Both the position numbers and the translations under genes were made by a program. Of a stretch of 64,000 nt of DNA, positions 8,461 to 16,981 are shown piece by piece. The notes beneath the pieces are model-generated. The model was not told the origin of the DNA and ran no database searches. It saw only the letters and a list, made by a program, of their open reading frames with translations. The stretch's first letter is position 1; the number at the start of each line of letters is the position of its first letter. Origin of the DNA: Candidatus Poribacteria bacterium (GTDB lineage Bacteria; Poribacteria; WGA-4E; WGA-3G); assembly GCA_965208635.1 (NCBI GenBank), contig OZ242349.1, forward strand, positions 2,049,769 through 2,113,768. Reading direction: 5' to 3'.

Positions 8461-8556
8461 TAGCCTTCGGTTATTAGTCATCGGTTTTCAGTTAAAAGGT
8501 TTTCGTTTGGCAAAACTCTCTTGTGACCGACAACTGAAAACTGAAAACTGAAAACT
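8461..8556 (-). repeat. interspersed repeat family B copy, inverted relative to 7341..7415, downstream of ruvB
   Basis: The reverse complement reads ...cagttgtcggtcacaagagagttttgcc...ttttaactgaaaaccgatgact.... On the plus strand it ends in (aactgaa)x3 at 8532..8552. Confidence 0.65.
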
Positions 8557-8561
8557 ATAAT

Positions 8562-9590
8562 ATGAAACTCACAGATTTTGACTACCATCTACCCGCTGAC
8601 CGGATCGCGCAAAACCCACTTCAACAGCGTGATGGATCACGACTCTTGGTAGTCGATCGCGACACCTGTGCTATCCACCATACGCAGTTTTCAGAGATTG
8701 GGAAATACCTGCCCGACGATGCGTTGTTAGTCCTAAACGATACGAAGGTTATTCCAGCACGGTTAATTGGCAACAAACGCGAAACCGGCGGACAGATTGA
8801 ACTCCTTCTTATCCGCGAAAAAGAGACAGACACATGGGAGGTACTCGCCAAACCGCGGCGGAGTCTCCAAATCGGTACACAGATTGTCTTCGGTGATAGT
8901 GCCTTAACAGCAGAGGTCCTTGCGAAACCGGATGACGGACACTGTATCGTCCGCTTCGACTATATCGGTGAGTTTTCAGTTATTCTTGCAGATATAGGTA
9001 TGATGCCTCTGCCGCCTTATATTCGTCGCCCACCGAACGCTGAAGATAAGGTTCGCTATCAGTCAGTTTATGCCGCCACTGAAGGCGCAATTGCAGCCCC
9101 TACGGCAGGTTTGCACTTTACACAAGAATTATTGGAGGAATTGAAAAACAGCGGGATAGAAACAGCGATGCTAACGCTACATGTTGGACCTGGAACGTTC
9201 CAACCCGTGAAAGTGGAAAATATTACGACGCATAAGATGCATGCCGAATATATCCACCTCACCGAAACAGAAGCGGATCGGATTCACATCGCGCGGGAGG
9301 CAGGAAGAAAAATCGTTGCTATTGGGACCACTGTCGTGCGCGCCTTGGAAACCGCAGGCACGATGGGTACTGTTCATCCTTATAGCGGCTACAGTGAACT
9401 GTTTATCTATCCTGGGCACCGATTTAATGCAGTAGATGCGTTGGTTACCAACTTCCATCTACCCAAATCAACCTTACTTATGCTCGTGAGTGCCTTCGCA
9501 GGAAGGGATTTGATCCAGCAGGCTTATCAAGCGGCACTCCAACATAATTACCGTTTTTACAGCTATGGCGATGCCATGCTGATTCTTTGA
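8562..9590 (+). CDS. queA: tRNA preQ1(34) S-adenosylmethionine ribosyltransferase-isomerase QueA
   Basis: MKLTDFDYHLPADRIAQNPL N-terminus, PPYI motif, and C-terminal FYSYGDAMLI. Confidence 0.95.
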   Translation: MKLTDFDYHLPADRIAQNPLQQRDGSRLLVVDRDTCAIHHTQFSEIGKYLPDDALLVLNDTKVIPARLIGNKRETGGQIELLLIREKETDTWEVLAKPRRSLQIGTQIVFGDSALTAEVLAKPDDGHCIVRFDYIGEFSVILADIGMMPLPPYIRRPPNAEDKVRYQSVYAATEGAIAAPTAGLHFTQELLEELKNSGIETAMLTLHVGPGTFQPVKVENITTHKMHAEYIHLTETEADRIHIAREAGRKIVAIGTTVVRALETAGTMGTVHPYSGYSELFIYPGHRFNAVDALVTNFHLPKSTLLMLVSAFAGRDLIQQAYQAALQHNYRFYSYGDAMLIL

Positions 9591-9646
9591 TTTTTTAACA
9601 TCAAGTTTTGACTTACAAGCTACGTCAAAAGAGAAGGAGAGACTTT

Positions 9647-9949
9647 ATGGACCAGATAACCGGTTTGCTTGTTCCATTCATAGCGATGGGTGCTATTATG
9701 TATTTTTTGTTATGGCGTCCGGAACAAGCTAAACGTAAAAAACATCAGAACATGCTGGAGAATCTAACCAAAGGCGACGAAATCGTAACGAATGGCGGGT
9801 TACACGGCAAAATTCTTGGACTGAGTAACGATAAGAATATTATTCTCATCGCCGTTGGAGAAGTGAACAGTCAAGAGGTAAAGGTTCAAATCTCGCGGAG
9901 TTCTGTCGCTTTTCTCAAGAAGGGTGGCGAACTCATTGAAGGTGAATAG
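9647..9949 (+). CDS. yajC: preprotein translocase subunit YajC
   Basis: One TM helix followed by RPEQAKRKKHQNMLENLTKGDEIVTNGGLHGKI. A GAAGGAGAG SD lies upstream of ATG 9647. The track ORF starts at TTG 9608. Confidence 0.85.
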   Translation: MDQITGLLVPFIAMGAIMYFLLWRPEQAKRKKHQNMLENLTKGDEIVTNGGLHGKILGLSNDKNIILIAVGEVNSQEVKVQISRSSVAFLKKGGELIEGE

Positions 9950-9953
9950 TTTT

Positions 9954-10679
9954 CTAACGATGGGAATCTGGCTGCACCCACAACTGGTAGCCGACTCCCT
10001 CGGAAGTCAATGCCACAATGTTATCCTGTTCCGGAACCGCTAATACATCGTTGTGATACAATTGCACGCGTACCGTTCCCACGGTGCGCGTGATGTCGAA
10101 AGTAGCAAAGCCATCCGCATCTCGGAACCTGTGCAGACAGATTGCTTCCTCTCCCGTAAGCATCACGTGCGCATTCCGTGTACCTACATCTGCCTCCGCC
10201 GATAAGGCACCTTCCCATATCCTGAGGTGCGTCTCACTTTCATCTATTGTCTCCCCTGCCTCTAAAATAATTGCAGCGGATTCGGCATAAGATGGCACTT
10301 TACAAACTGCGATTTCAATTCCGGCTTCGCCTGCAAGGATTTCATAAGTGGTATGATGTGGAATATACGCTACACACGCCTCGCCCTGAAAAACGTCTGG
10401 ACGCTCGCCCAAAACCCCGTTCGCTTTGTTGCCGTTATGTCCCACCAGCAAGGTGCAATGTCCACCTAACGCAATCAACGCGACTTCGGTATCTTCAGAA
10501 TGGTCAAAGAAGGTTGTTTCGGGGGTGAGATTAAGAATTCCGAAATGGAGTTTCGTGATGCCCATTTCGCCGGGCGTTACAATTTCAGTGTAGCCCTCGG
10601 TAAATCTTTTAATTTTACCTGGCGGTTCGGTCAGGTGTGTTGGGTGAATAACGTTCATTTCCGTATATCCGTCCTTCAC
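9954..10679 (-). CDS. cupin-fold protein, KduI/IolB (5-deoxy-glucuronate isomerase)-like
   Basis: The length and bicupin-like sequence resemble IolB. The assignment is from memory of the family, not a search. Confidence 0.45.
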   Translation of the reverse strand: MKDGYTEMNVIHPTHLTEPPGKIKRFTEGYTEIVTPGEMGITKLHFGILNLTPETTFFDHSEDTEVALIALGGHCTLLVGHNGNKANGVLGERPDVFQGEACVAYIPHHTTYEILAGEAGIEIAVCKVPSYAESAAIILEAGETIDESETHLRIWEGALSAEADVGTRNAHVMLTGEEAICLHRFRDADGFATFDITRTVGTVRVQLYHNDVLAVPEQDNIVALTSEGVGYQLWVQPDSHR

Positions 10680-10724
10680 TTCGTTACGGACTATACGCTT
10701 AAGTACAATTAACTTAAGACAGCA

Positions 10725-10831
10725 GCCTGCAACAATACGCAGAAATGCCCAAGCAAAAACACGCAGGCGGATTTAAGGAATGCACGCAAGGGTCTAAACG
10801 CACGTTGTTTCTCCGCAAGGTAAATTAAAAA
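10725..10831 (+). repeat. family A repeat copy (with motif C inserted in its stem-loop) overlapping the 3' end of maf
   Basis: gcctgcaacaatacgcagaaatgcccaagcaaaaacacgcaggcgg...ctccgcaaggtaaattaaaaa. The last ~12 codons of the maf ORF are encoded by its reverse complement. Confidence 0.65.
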
Positions 10832-11414
10832 GGTGTTCAACAAGGCTCGCCAACGGAAGTCCAACGACATTAAAATAACATCCCTCAATACGTCGAACGA
10901 AAACTGCGCCCCGTCCTTGGATTCCGTACGCGCCAGCCTTATCTGATGCTTCGCCACTTGCAATATAGGCATCTATCTCGGTACTCTGTAACTCCCGAAA
11001 GTAAACCTGCGTTGTTTCTGACCAGACGACTTCGCGTTCCGTCTGGGTGTCAACCAAGGCGACACCTGTAACAACTTCGTGGCAGGTGCCACTCAGGTGT
11101 GTCAACATCTTGAACGCGTCTGCATCGTCAGTCGGTTTACCGAGAAGTTCTCCATCCAGCGATACCAAAGTATCCGCACCGATAATTAGAGCATCATCAA
11201 AGTGCTGTGAAACAGCCGCTGCCTTCAATAAGGCAAGTTTTTGTGTTACTTCACTTGCAGGATCATTTGAATATGTGGTGTGTGGTGGTTCAACAATATC
11301 ACTCGGGCGCACCTCGAACGTTAGTCCAATCTGCGATAATAAAGCAGAACGGCGAGGTGACGCAGATGCAAGAACCAATCGCGGGATTTTTAAAGGGGAC
11401 TCGGGCGTTTGCAT
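10794..11414 (-). CDS. maf: Maf family nucleoside triphosphate pyrophosphatase
   Basis: LVLASASPRRSALLSQIGL, GADTLV and AGAYGIQG motifs. Confidence 0.9.
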   Translation of the reverse strand: MQTPESPLKIPRLVLASASPRRSALLSQIGLTFEVRPSDIVEPPHTTYSNDPASEVTQKLALLKAAAVSQHFDDALIIGADTLVSLDGELLGKPTDDADAFKMLTHLSGTCHEVVTGVALVDTQTEREVVWSETTQVYFRELQSTEIDAYIASGEASDKAGAYGIQGRGAVFVRRIEGCYFNVVGLPLASLVEHLFNLPCGETTCV

Positions 11415-11415
11415 G

Positions 11416-11796
11416 CTACTTCAGGTAGTACAACCGTGTACCTTGTTCTGTGCGGATTTGCAATAAATCCACCTGGACCAGCTCTTGCAAAGCGTTCCTA
11501 AGACCCCGCTTAGAAAACCCGATATTCTTAAGACGCTGGTCAGATTCCGGCACGTGAAACCACCCCGGCTTCCCACCAGAACAATATTCCTTTTTAAAAA
11601 CCGCCAACGCGCTATATAAGCGCAAAGTTTTCGGAGGTAGCCCAACAAGGGGATTAATTTTAGCAAAGGATTGAAGTGATCCATTCCGCATTGCTTCAGT
11701 CCATAAAGAAACAGAATTACTCATATTTTGAATAACGCTTTCATTTACGAATCGGTTACAAAAAAATAAACTCATGACATTTTTTTTTAGATACAC
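11416..11796 (-). CDS. hypothetical small protein, possible winged-helix DNA-binding domain
   Basis: ORF abutting maf, with a C-terminal GLRNALQELVQVDLLQI segment. The start is uncertain (internal ATG at 11724). Confidence 0.4.
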   Translation of the reverse strand: MYLKKNVMSLFFCNRFVNESVIQNMSNSVSLWTEAMRNGSLQSFAKINPLVGLPPKTLRLYSALAVFKKEYCSGGKPGWFHVPESDQRLKNIGFSKRGLRNALQELVQVDLLQIRTEQGTRLYYLK

Positions 11797-11841
11797 AAGC
11801 GTTGTAGCCTATTAGGATACAGCAACCTTGTTAAGTTGGAT

Positions 11842-11870
11842 TTGACAAATCCAGGACATCATGATAAAAT
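11842..11870 (+). promoter_or_regulatory. near-consensus sigma70 promoter (TTGACA-17 nt-TAAAAT)
   Basis: TTGACA at 11842..11847, a 17-nt spacer, then TAAAAT at 11865..11870, 31 nt upstream of the TTG start at 11901. Confidence 0.5.
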
Positions 11871-11900
11871 CCATCAAACTTCATAGAGGACAGTGCAATA

Positions 11901-13853
11901 TTGCTTCCTATTAATGAAAATCGTCTCTCAGGACGTTCCTTCCTGCTTGGCACCTGTTTCGTTATCGCTATATGTTGCATCGTCTCCTACGCCGAATTAG
12001 TAATTACCTACATCCAAATCGGGTTTTTACAGTTGCCACCAGCGGTTATCGGGCTATTCTTCTTTCTCGTATTAGGGAATCGGCTGCTTGAAAGACTGAA
12101 CGCCCGTTTTGGGTTGTCGCCTCGCGAATTGATGTGCATCTACTGCATGATGCTCGTTGCTTCAATGATCTCATCGCGCGGCGTCATGGAAAAACTCATC
12201 CCCGCACTTATCGCCGTCAACTACTTTACCAACGAAACCAACAGTTGGGACACCCTCTTTTTCCCACACATCAAACCGTGGTTGATCCCTTTTTCACCTG
12301 AACAAAAAGGACAAGCCGCCATTGCCATCAGTTTCTATGAGGGTATACAAACAGGTGACAGTATTCCGTGGCGCGCATGGATTGAGCCGTTATGCGTCTG
12401 GGGTGTGCTTGTTTTTTTCCTGTTCACTGCTTTCCTCTGCTTAGCAGCAATTCTACGCAAACAGTGGATTGAAAACGAAAAACTTACATTCCCGTTAGTC
12501 TCACTACCACTTGAGTTTGTACACGAGGGGCGCGGCTTCCTTCGGAATCGCCTCATGTGGTTAGGGTTTACCCTGCCTGCCCTCATCTTTACGTTGAATG
12601 GACTTCACGAAATTTGGCCCCAAATCCCGAATCTCCCGTTGCGGTACATACTCAATCAATACTTTACAGAACGACCCTTCAACGCTATGGTTTACACACC
12701 GATTTTCTTGTCCTTCGCGGCGATAGGGTTCTTTTATTTACTCCCCACCCAACTCCTTTTCAGTCTATGGTTCTTTTTTCTCCTCACACGGTTCCAAGAT
12801 GTTGTCGCTGCGGTGTTTGGTTGGCGAGTCAGCACGATGCCGCTCTACCCAACTCGACTCTATATCGGTTATCAAGTTGCTGGGGCTTATATGGTACTCG
12901 TAATTTCGTTTATCTATATGGGGTTCCCACACTTTCGGCAGGTGTTCCGTCGCGCCTTTACTGCGACGAAAGCGGATGACAAGGAGGAACTTTTGTCTTA
13001 CCGCACGGCAGTTTGGGGACTCATCATCAGTTTAATCCTCGCGATAGGGTGGTGCTATACAGCAGGACTGAATTTAGGATTCGCGGCGTTCGAGATACTG
13101 GTTTATGTATGTATTGTTGCTGTGGTGATGGCACGTAGCACAGCGGAAGGTGGGTTGCTGATGACAGAGACATCGTTCCGACCCCTGGATCTCTATCAAC
13201 TCGTCTCAACCAAAGCCGCACTGGGCGCGCAGAGCCTCACTGTGCTGTCACTTCTCGATGCAATCTTCACTCGCGATCAGCGCGGACTCATCCTCACAGG
13301 ATTTTTAGACGGTTTAAAAATTAGGGATCGGGTGGGAATGTCTCACCGTTCGTTGGTAGGGGTGTTCGTGTTAGGCAGTACGCTCGCATTCCTATGTGCG
13401 GCAGCCATCCATCTATGGCTTCCCTATACCCACGGTGCCAATTACATGTATAGTTACACCTACCGCGGCAACCCATTATGGGCATTTCAGGACAATGTTG
13501 CGGCGATGGAAGGGTTAGGGACAGATCTCCGCACAACAGGAGGATTCTTTTTTGGCATTGGGGCATTAGTGACAACAGGTTTAGTCATCTTGAGGATGCT
13601 ATATTGGTGGTGGCCCCTCCATCCACTTGGGTATGCCCTATCAGCCTCGTGGACACTGATTGTATTCTGGTTTCCCGTTTTCATCGCATGGGGTATCAAA
13701 ACGCCGCTCCTCCGTTACAGCGGTATCCGACAATATCAGCGGCTCCGTCCGTTCTTCTTAGGCATGGTTTTCGGAGAATTCAGTATGGCAGTTCTATGGA
13801 CGCTCATCAGTTGGGGTGCGAACGTACCAGCACCCTTCTTTCCGTGGCCCTGA
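11901..13853 (+). CDS. large polytopic membrane protein of unknown function (at least 12 predicted TM helices)
   Basis: 650-aa ORF that is hydrophobic throughout. I recognise no catalytic motif. Confidence 0.6.
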   Translation: MLPINENRLSGRSFLLGTCFVIAICCIVSYAELVITYIQIGFLQLPPAVIGLFFFLVLGNRLLERLNARFGLSPRELMCIYCMMLVASMISSRGVMEKLIPALIAVNYFTNETNSWDTLFFPHIKPWLIPFSPEQKGQAAIAISFYEGIQTGDSIPWRAWIEPLCVWGVLVFFLFTAFLCLAAILRKQWIENEKLTFPLVSLPLEFVHEGRGFLRNRLMWLGFTLPALIFTLNGLHEIWPQIPNLPLRYILNQYFTERPFNAMVYTPIFLSFAAIGFFYLLPTQLLFSLWFFFLLTRFQDVVAAVFGWRVSTMPLYPTRLYIGYQVAGAYMVLVISFIYMGFPHFRQVFRRAFTATKADDKEELLSYRTAVWGLIISLILAIGWCYTAGLNLGFAAFEILVYVCIVAVVMARSTAEGGLLMTETSFRPLDLYQLVSTKAALGAQSLTVLSLLDAIFTRDQRGLILTGFLDGLKIRDRVGMSHRSLVGVFVLGSTLAFLCAAAIHLWLPYTHGANYMYSYTYRGNPLWAFQDNVAAMEGLGTDLRTTGGFFFGIGALVTTGLVILRMLYWWWPLHPLGYALSASWTLIVFWFPVFIAWGIKTPLLRYSGIRQYQRLRPFFLGMVFGEFSMAVLWTLISWGANVPAPFFPWP

Positions 13854-14083
13854 GCGTTCTTTATACTACACTTAGAATTAATGGGAAACGCCGAACCGGC
13901 GAGGTTAGATGCGGTTTAATAAAATATTTCGGTAATTTGATACTTCCCCCAAGTCCGGTAGGTGCGGTTTGTAACCGCACTGGACCTTGTTAGAAAATTA
14001 CCGAATTAAATTCTTAATCTTCATGAAACCTCGCCTACCAGGGGAAGTGCAAACGTCTATCTATTTTTCAGTTTAAGGTAAAA

Positions 14084-15190
14084 TTAAAAAGTTCGATTAC
14101 GCGCCGTGACCTCCCATGTCCCCCGACAATACCCATCGGCATCTACAAGATAATAAAAAGGGTGTAGCGCAACACACGGACAGATATGTGTCGGACAGAC
14201 ATAAATCTCTTGTCCGATGTGCATCGGCGAACTGTCAGGGACGTTAACCGCCCAATGTTCCTCATGCTGCGTGGTCACTTCAGCACCGTCAACATCCAAA
14301 ACGATCCCGCGCACACCCTCAGGATCTGCAGCGATGGCTTTGTGCCCCAAATCAAGGGTAATCCTATGCGGCGTAGGAATACTAATCACACGGCTCAGAA
14401 GCAGTGCCGCGGGAGTAAAACCGAGATCGGGATAGCGGGTCGAGTAACCGTAATCATGAAAAACGAAAGTGCCAGGGGATGCCTCCACACCCGGAGTTTT
14501 CGCATAAATAGGGAAGGTCGGTGTACCACCCATCACGATCAAGGGCACCTCAAGCCCTTTAGCAGCAAGCCTGTCCTTCATCTCTTCTACCTGCACGAGA
14601 CTCTTATCACAGGATGCCTTCCGCTCAGCGACATCTTCATCGTGGATATGTCCATCGTAGACGTGCAGTCCCCACGGTTGCAATCCATCTGCCGCTTCAA
14701 TCTGCGCATAGACATCCACAGCGGTATCACCGACGGGTACACCTGTGCGGTGCATCCCGACATCCAAATCCAGCATGACTTTGACGCTCAAGCCGTACTT
14801 TGCTACCGCTGATGAGAGTGCCGTTACCGCCTCTTGATGATCGACGACGACCTTGAAATCAGCCTCTGGATACTTCAACTGTAGCGATGCGAAACGGCTG
14901 ACGTTAGGTCCTACCATCTGATAGGCAATCAAAATATCCTCTATACCGTTCTGTGCCAGCATCTCTGCTTCCCGTAATGTCGCGCATTTGTGCTTAAGGA
15001 TACCAGCATCACGTTCCATCGCGATAATTTCAGCGGTTTTATGCGTTTTCGCATGCGGTCTGAGTTTCGAGACATCTCCGTCGACAGTCGCAATCGCATG
15101 GTCAATGTTATATTGAACCTGTGCGAGATAGACTACCAGCGATGGACTCGGTATCGTTTCAACGTTCTGAACACGGTATTTCTTATCCAT
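14084..15190 (-). CDS. D-threonine aldolase/D-serine dehydratase-like (DSD1 family) PLP-dependent enzyme
   Basis: LRPHAKTHK PLP-lysine motif and an alanine-racemase-N-like fold, followed by a C-terminal beta domain. Confidence 0.65.
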   Translation of the reverse strand: MDKKYRVQNVETIPSPSLVVYLAQVQYNIDHAIATVDGDVSKLRPHAKTHKTAEIIAMERDAGILKHKCATLREAEMLAQNGIEDILIAYQMVGPNVSRFASLQLKYPEADFKVVVDHQEAVTALSSAVAKYGLSVKVMLDLDVGMHRTGVPVGDTAVDVYAQIEAADGLQPWGLHVYDGHIHDEDVAERKASCDKSLVQVEEMKDRLAAKGLEVPLIVMGGTPTFPIYAKTPGVEASPGTFVFHDYGYSTRYPDLGFTPAALLLSRVISIPTPHRITLDLGHKAIAADPEGVRGIVLDVDGAEVTTQHEEHWAVNVPDSSPMHIGQEIYVCPTHICPCVALHPFYYLVDADGYCRGTWEVTARNRTF

Positions 15191-15251
15191 AACCTCACCT
15201 CTTTCAGCGTTAAAATACTAGGGCATTTCTTAACATTTACCACATCAGTGA

Positions 15252-16673
15252 TTAGGTCAACGTTGCAGTCCGCAGGATAATCCGATCCTTTGTCCAATTA
15301 TCGCGATACCACGTACACGCTTCAAAGGTATCGTTAATCGCATTCATGCGCTGCTGCAAGAGAATTCGGAATTGATCTCGGAGTCCGGGCGATTCGGGTT
15401 CATCAATCAGATTCCGGGTTTGGAACGGGTCATCAACATTATCGAAGAGTTTCTCACTTCGATCCGGACGATGGATGGCGTAAGTATATCGTTTCGTACG
15501 GAGGGCGCGCCACTCATACCCGTCCTCCCACTTGGCAGTACATCCCATTCCTTGCATGAACGCCGCATCCGGTTCATCAGCGGGTTGGTGAAATGGGGTG
15601 TTGCTGAGATCCCTCCCTTCAACCTCTCCCGGAATCGGAAGACCCATCATCGACAACAGCGTCGGCATGATGTCTGGCGTGTTCAAGCATGCATCTGATA
15701 CATGACCTTTCGGAATCTGATCCTGCCACCGAACCAGAAACGGCACGCGCACCGCCTCTTCATAAAAGATATTCTTTGCACGACGACCTTGCGCACCAAA
15801 CATCTCACCGTGATCGGAGGTAAACACAAAGATCGTATTATCACGCAATCCGAGGTCATCAACGGCTTGCAGCAACCGCCCTATATTCCGATCCAGATTT
15901 GCAGTCATGGCGTAATAGACGCGCATCCACTCAGGGAGCGCAGCGCGTTCGGCGGGGGACATAACTGCCCATGTGTCGCTATAAGGATCGTTTTCGTCTC
16001 GATAGTTCGGCGGACGTGGGAAGTAAACGTCCTTGAACATCTCATAATCAGTGGCTGGAACGTTGTCCTGTGTCCACGGATCGTGCGGTGTCCCGATTGA
16101 GAGGAAAAGCGCGAACGGATCATCGCTCGTTGATGCCCGCTGCAGGTAATCGATTGCCATATCGGTTTGACCGTCCGGTTCATAACCCGGAATCACGATC
16201 TTTTCAGGCGAGTCTTTGTGATAATATGTGTCAAAGTACAGGTGATGAAAATTGTAAGCCGACCATTCCCCATCGAAACCGAGCCGATGTTGTCCCGGCG
16301 GAATGTAAGAATTCTCCGGATCGTTGTGTCTCCCTAATTGATTTGCCCACAGATGCCATTTCCCGATGTAGCTTGTCTGGTAACCGTTACGATGTAAAAC
16401 ATGACCGAAACAGTCATGATTCGGGTTCATGCGAAGCTCATTAATCGCCATACCGGTGCTACTGGCGTATTTACCGGTGAAGAGTGAGGCACGATAGGGG
16501 GCACACATCGGGCTACCGGAGACAGCGTTGCAGAAATTCGTACCCTCTGTCGCAAGCCGATCGATATTAGGGGTCCGTGCGCGGGTATCGCCAGCATAGC
16601 CACACGACTGGTAGCGGAGCTGATCGGCGAAAACATAAACGAGGTTCGGTTGCCGAGTTGTTGAATGAGACAT
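15252..16673 (-). CDS. Cys-type sulfatase (arylsulfatase family)
   Basis: LVYVFADQ, the formylglycine motif MCAPYRASLFTGKY (CxPxR) and FTSDHGE. ATG 16673 has a GGAG SD. The track ORF starts at TTG 16691. Confidence 0.9.
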   Translation of the reverse strand: MSHSTTRQPNLVYVFADQLRYQSCGYAGDTRARTPNIDRLATEGTNFCNAVSGSPMCAPYRASLFTGKYASSTGMAINELRMNPNHDCFGHVLHRNGYQTSYIGKWHLWANQLGRHNDPENSYIPPGQHRLGFDGEWSAYNFHHLYFDTYYHKDSPEKIVIPGYEPDGQTDMAIDYLQRASTSDDPFALFLSIGTPHDPWTQDNVPATDYEMFKDVYFPRPPNYRDENDPYSDTWAVMSPAERAALPEWMRVYYAMTANLDRNIGRLLQAVDDLGLRDNTIFVFTSDHGEMFGAQGRRAKNIFYEEAVRVPFLVRWQDQIPKGHVSDACLNTPDIMPTLLSMMGLPIPGEVEGRDLSNTPFHQPADEPDAAFMQGMGCTAKWEDGYEWRALRTKRYTYAIHRPDRSEKLFDNVDDPFQTRNLIDEPESPGLRDQFRILLQQRMNAINDTFEACTWYRDNWTKDRIILRTATLT

Positions 16674-16981
16674 CAAAGGACTCCGATGCAAAAATTGTTA
16701 TGACTTATGATACCTGTAGCATAGCATATTCCAGCAAATCGTTCAAGAAAAAATTGATACCGAGACTGCACACAACAGTAAAGAAAGTGTATTATTTTTA
16801 GTTATATTCAGGCTTTGTAACTTTTAATTTGAAAAATAATTATAATCCACCTATTATAACCAATACGGGTTGATAGTGTGTAGCAGAAGTGAAATAACCC
16901 GCGCCAGTAGCACAGAAGATTTAAACACGAGTCAAAAAACGCTACAAATTTGATTAATAAATTAATAAGGAGTATTTTTTG

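Noticed and set aside
8525-8556. Possible CRISPR array, suggested by the short tandem repeats here and at 3999..4032, 6497..6531, 36304..36331 and 50250..50420.
   Set aside because: The period is 7 nt (or 85 nt with no unique spacers at 50250..50420). There is no 24-48-nt repeat/spacer alternation and no cas genes, so these are microsatellite-like or interspersed repeats.
8556-8561. TATAAT hexamer directly before the queA ATG.
   Set aside because: It ends 0 nt from the start codon, so it cannot serve as a -10 element for this gene. It belongs to the tail of the heptamer repeat.
13478-13993. 171-aa plus-strand ORF overlapping the end of the 650-aa membrane protein gene.
   Set aside because: It is an alternative frame of a well-supported long ORF. 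Its Arg/Ser/Cys-rich sequence runs into the repeat spacer.
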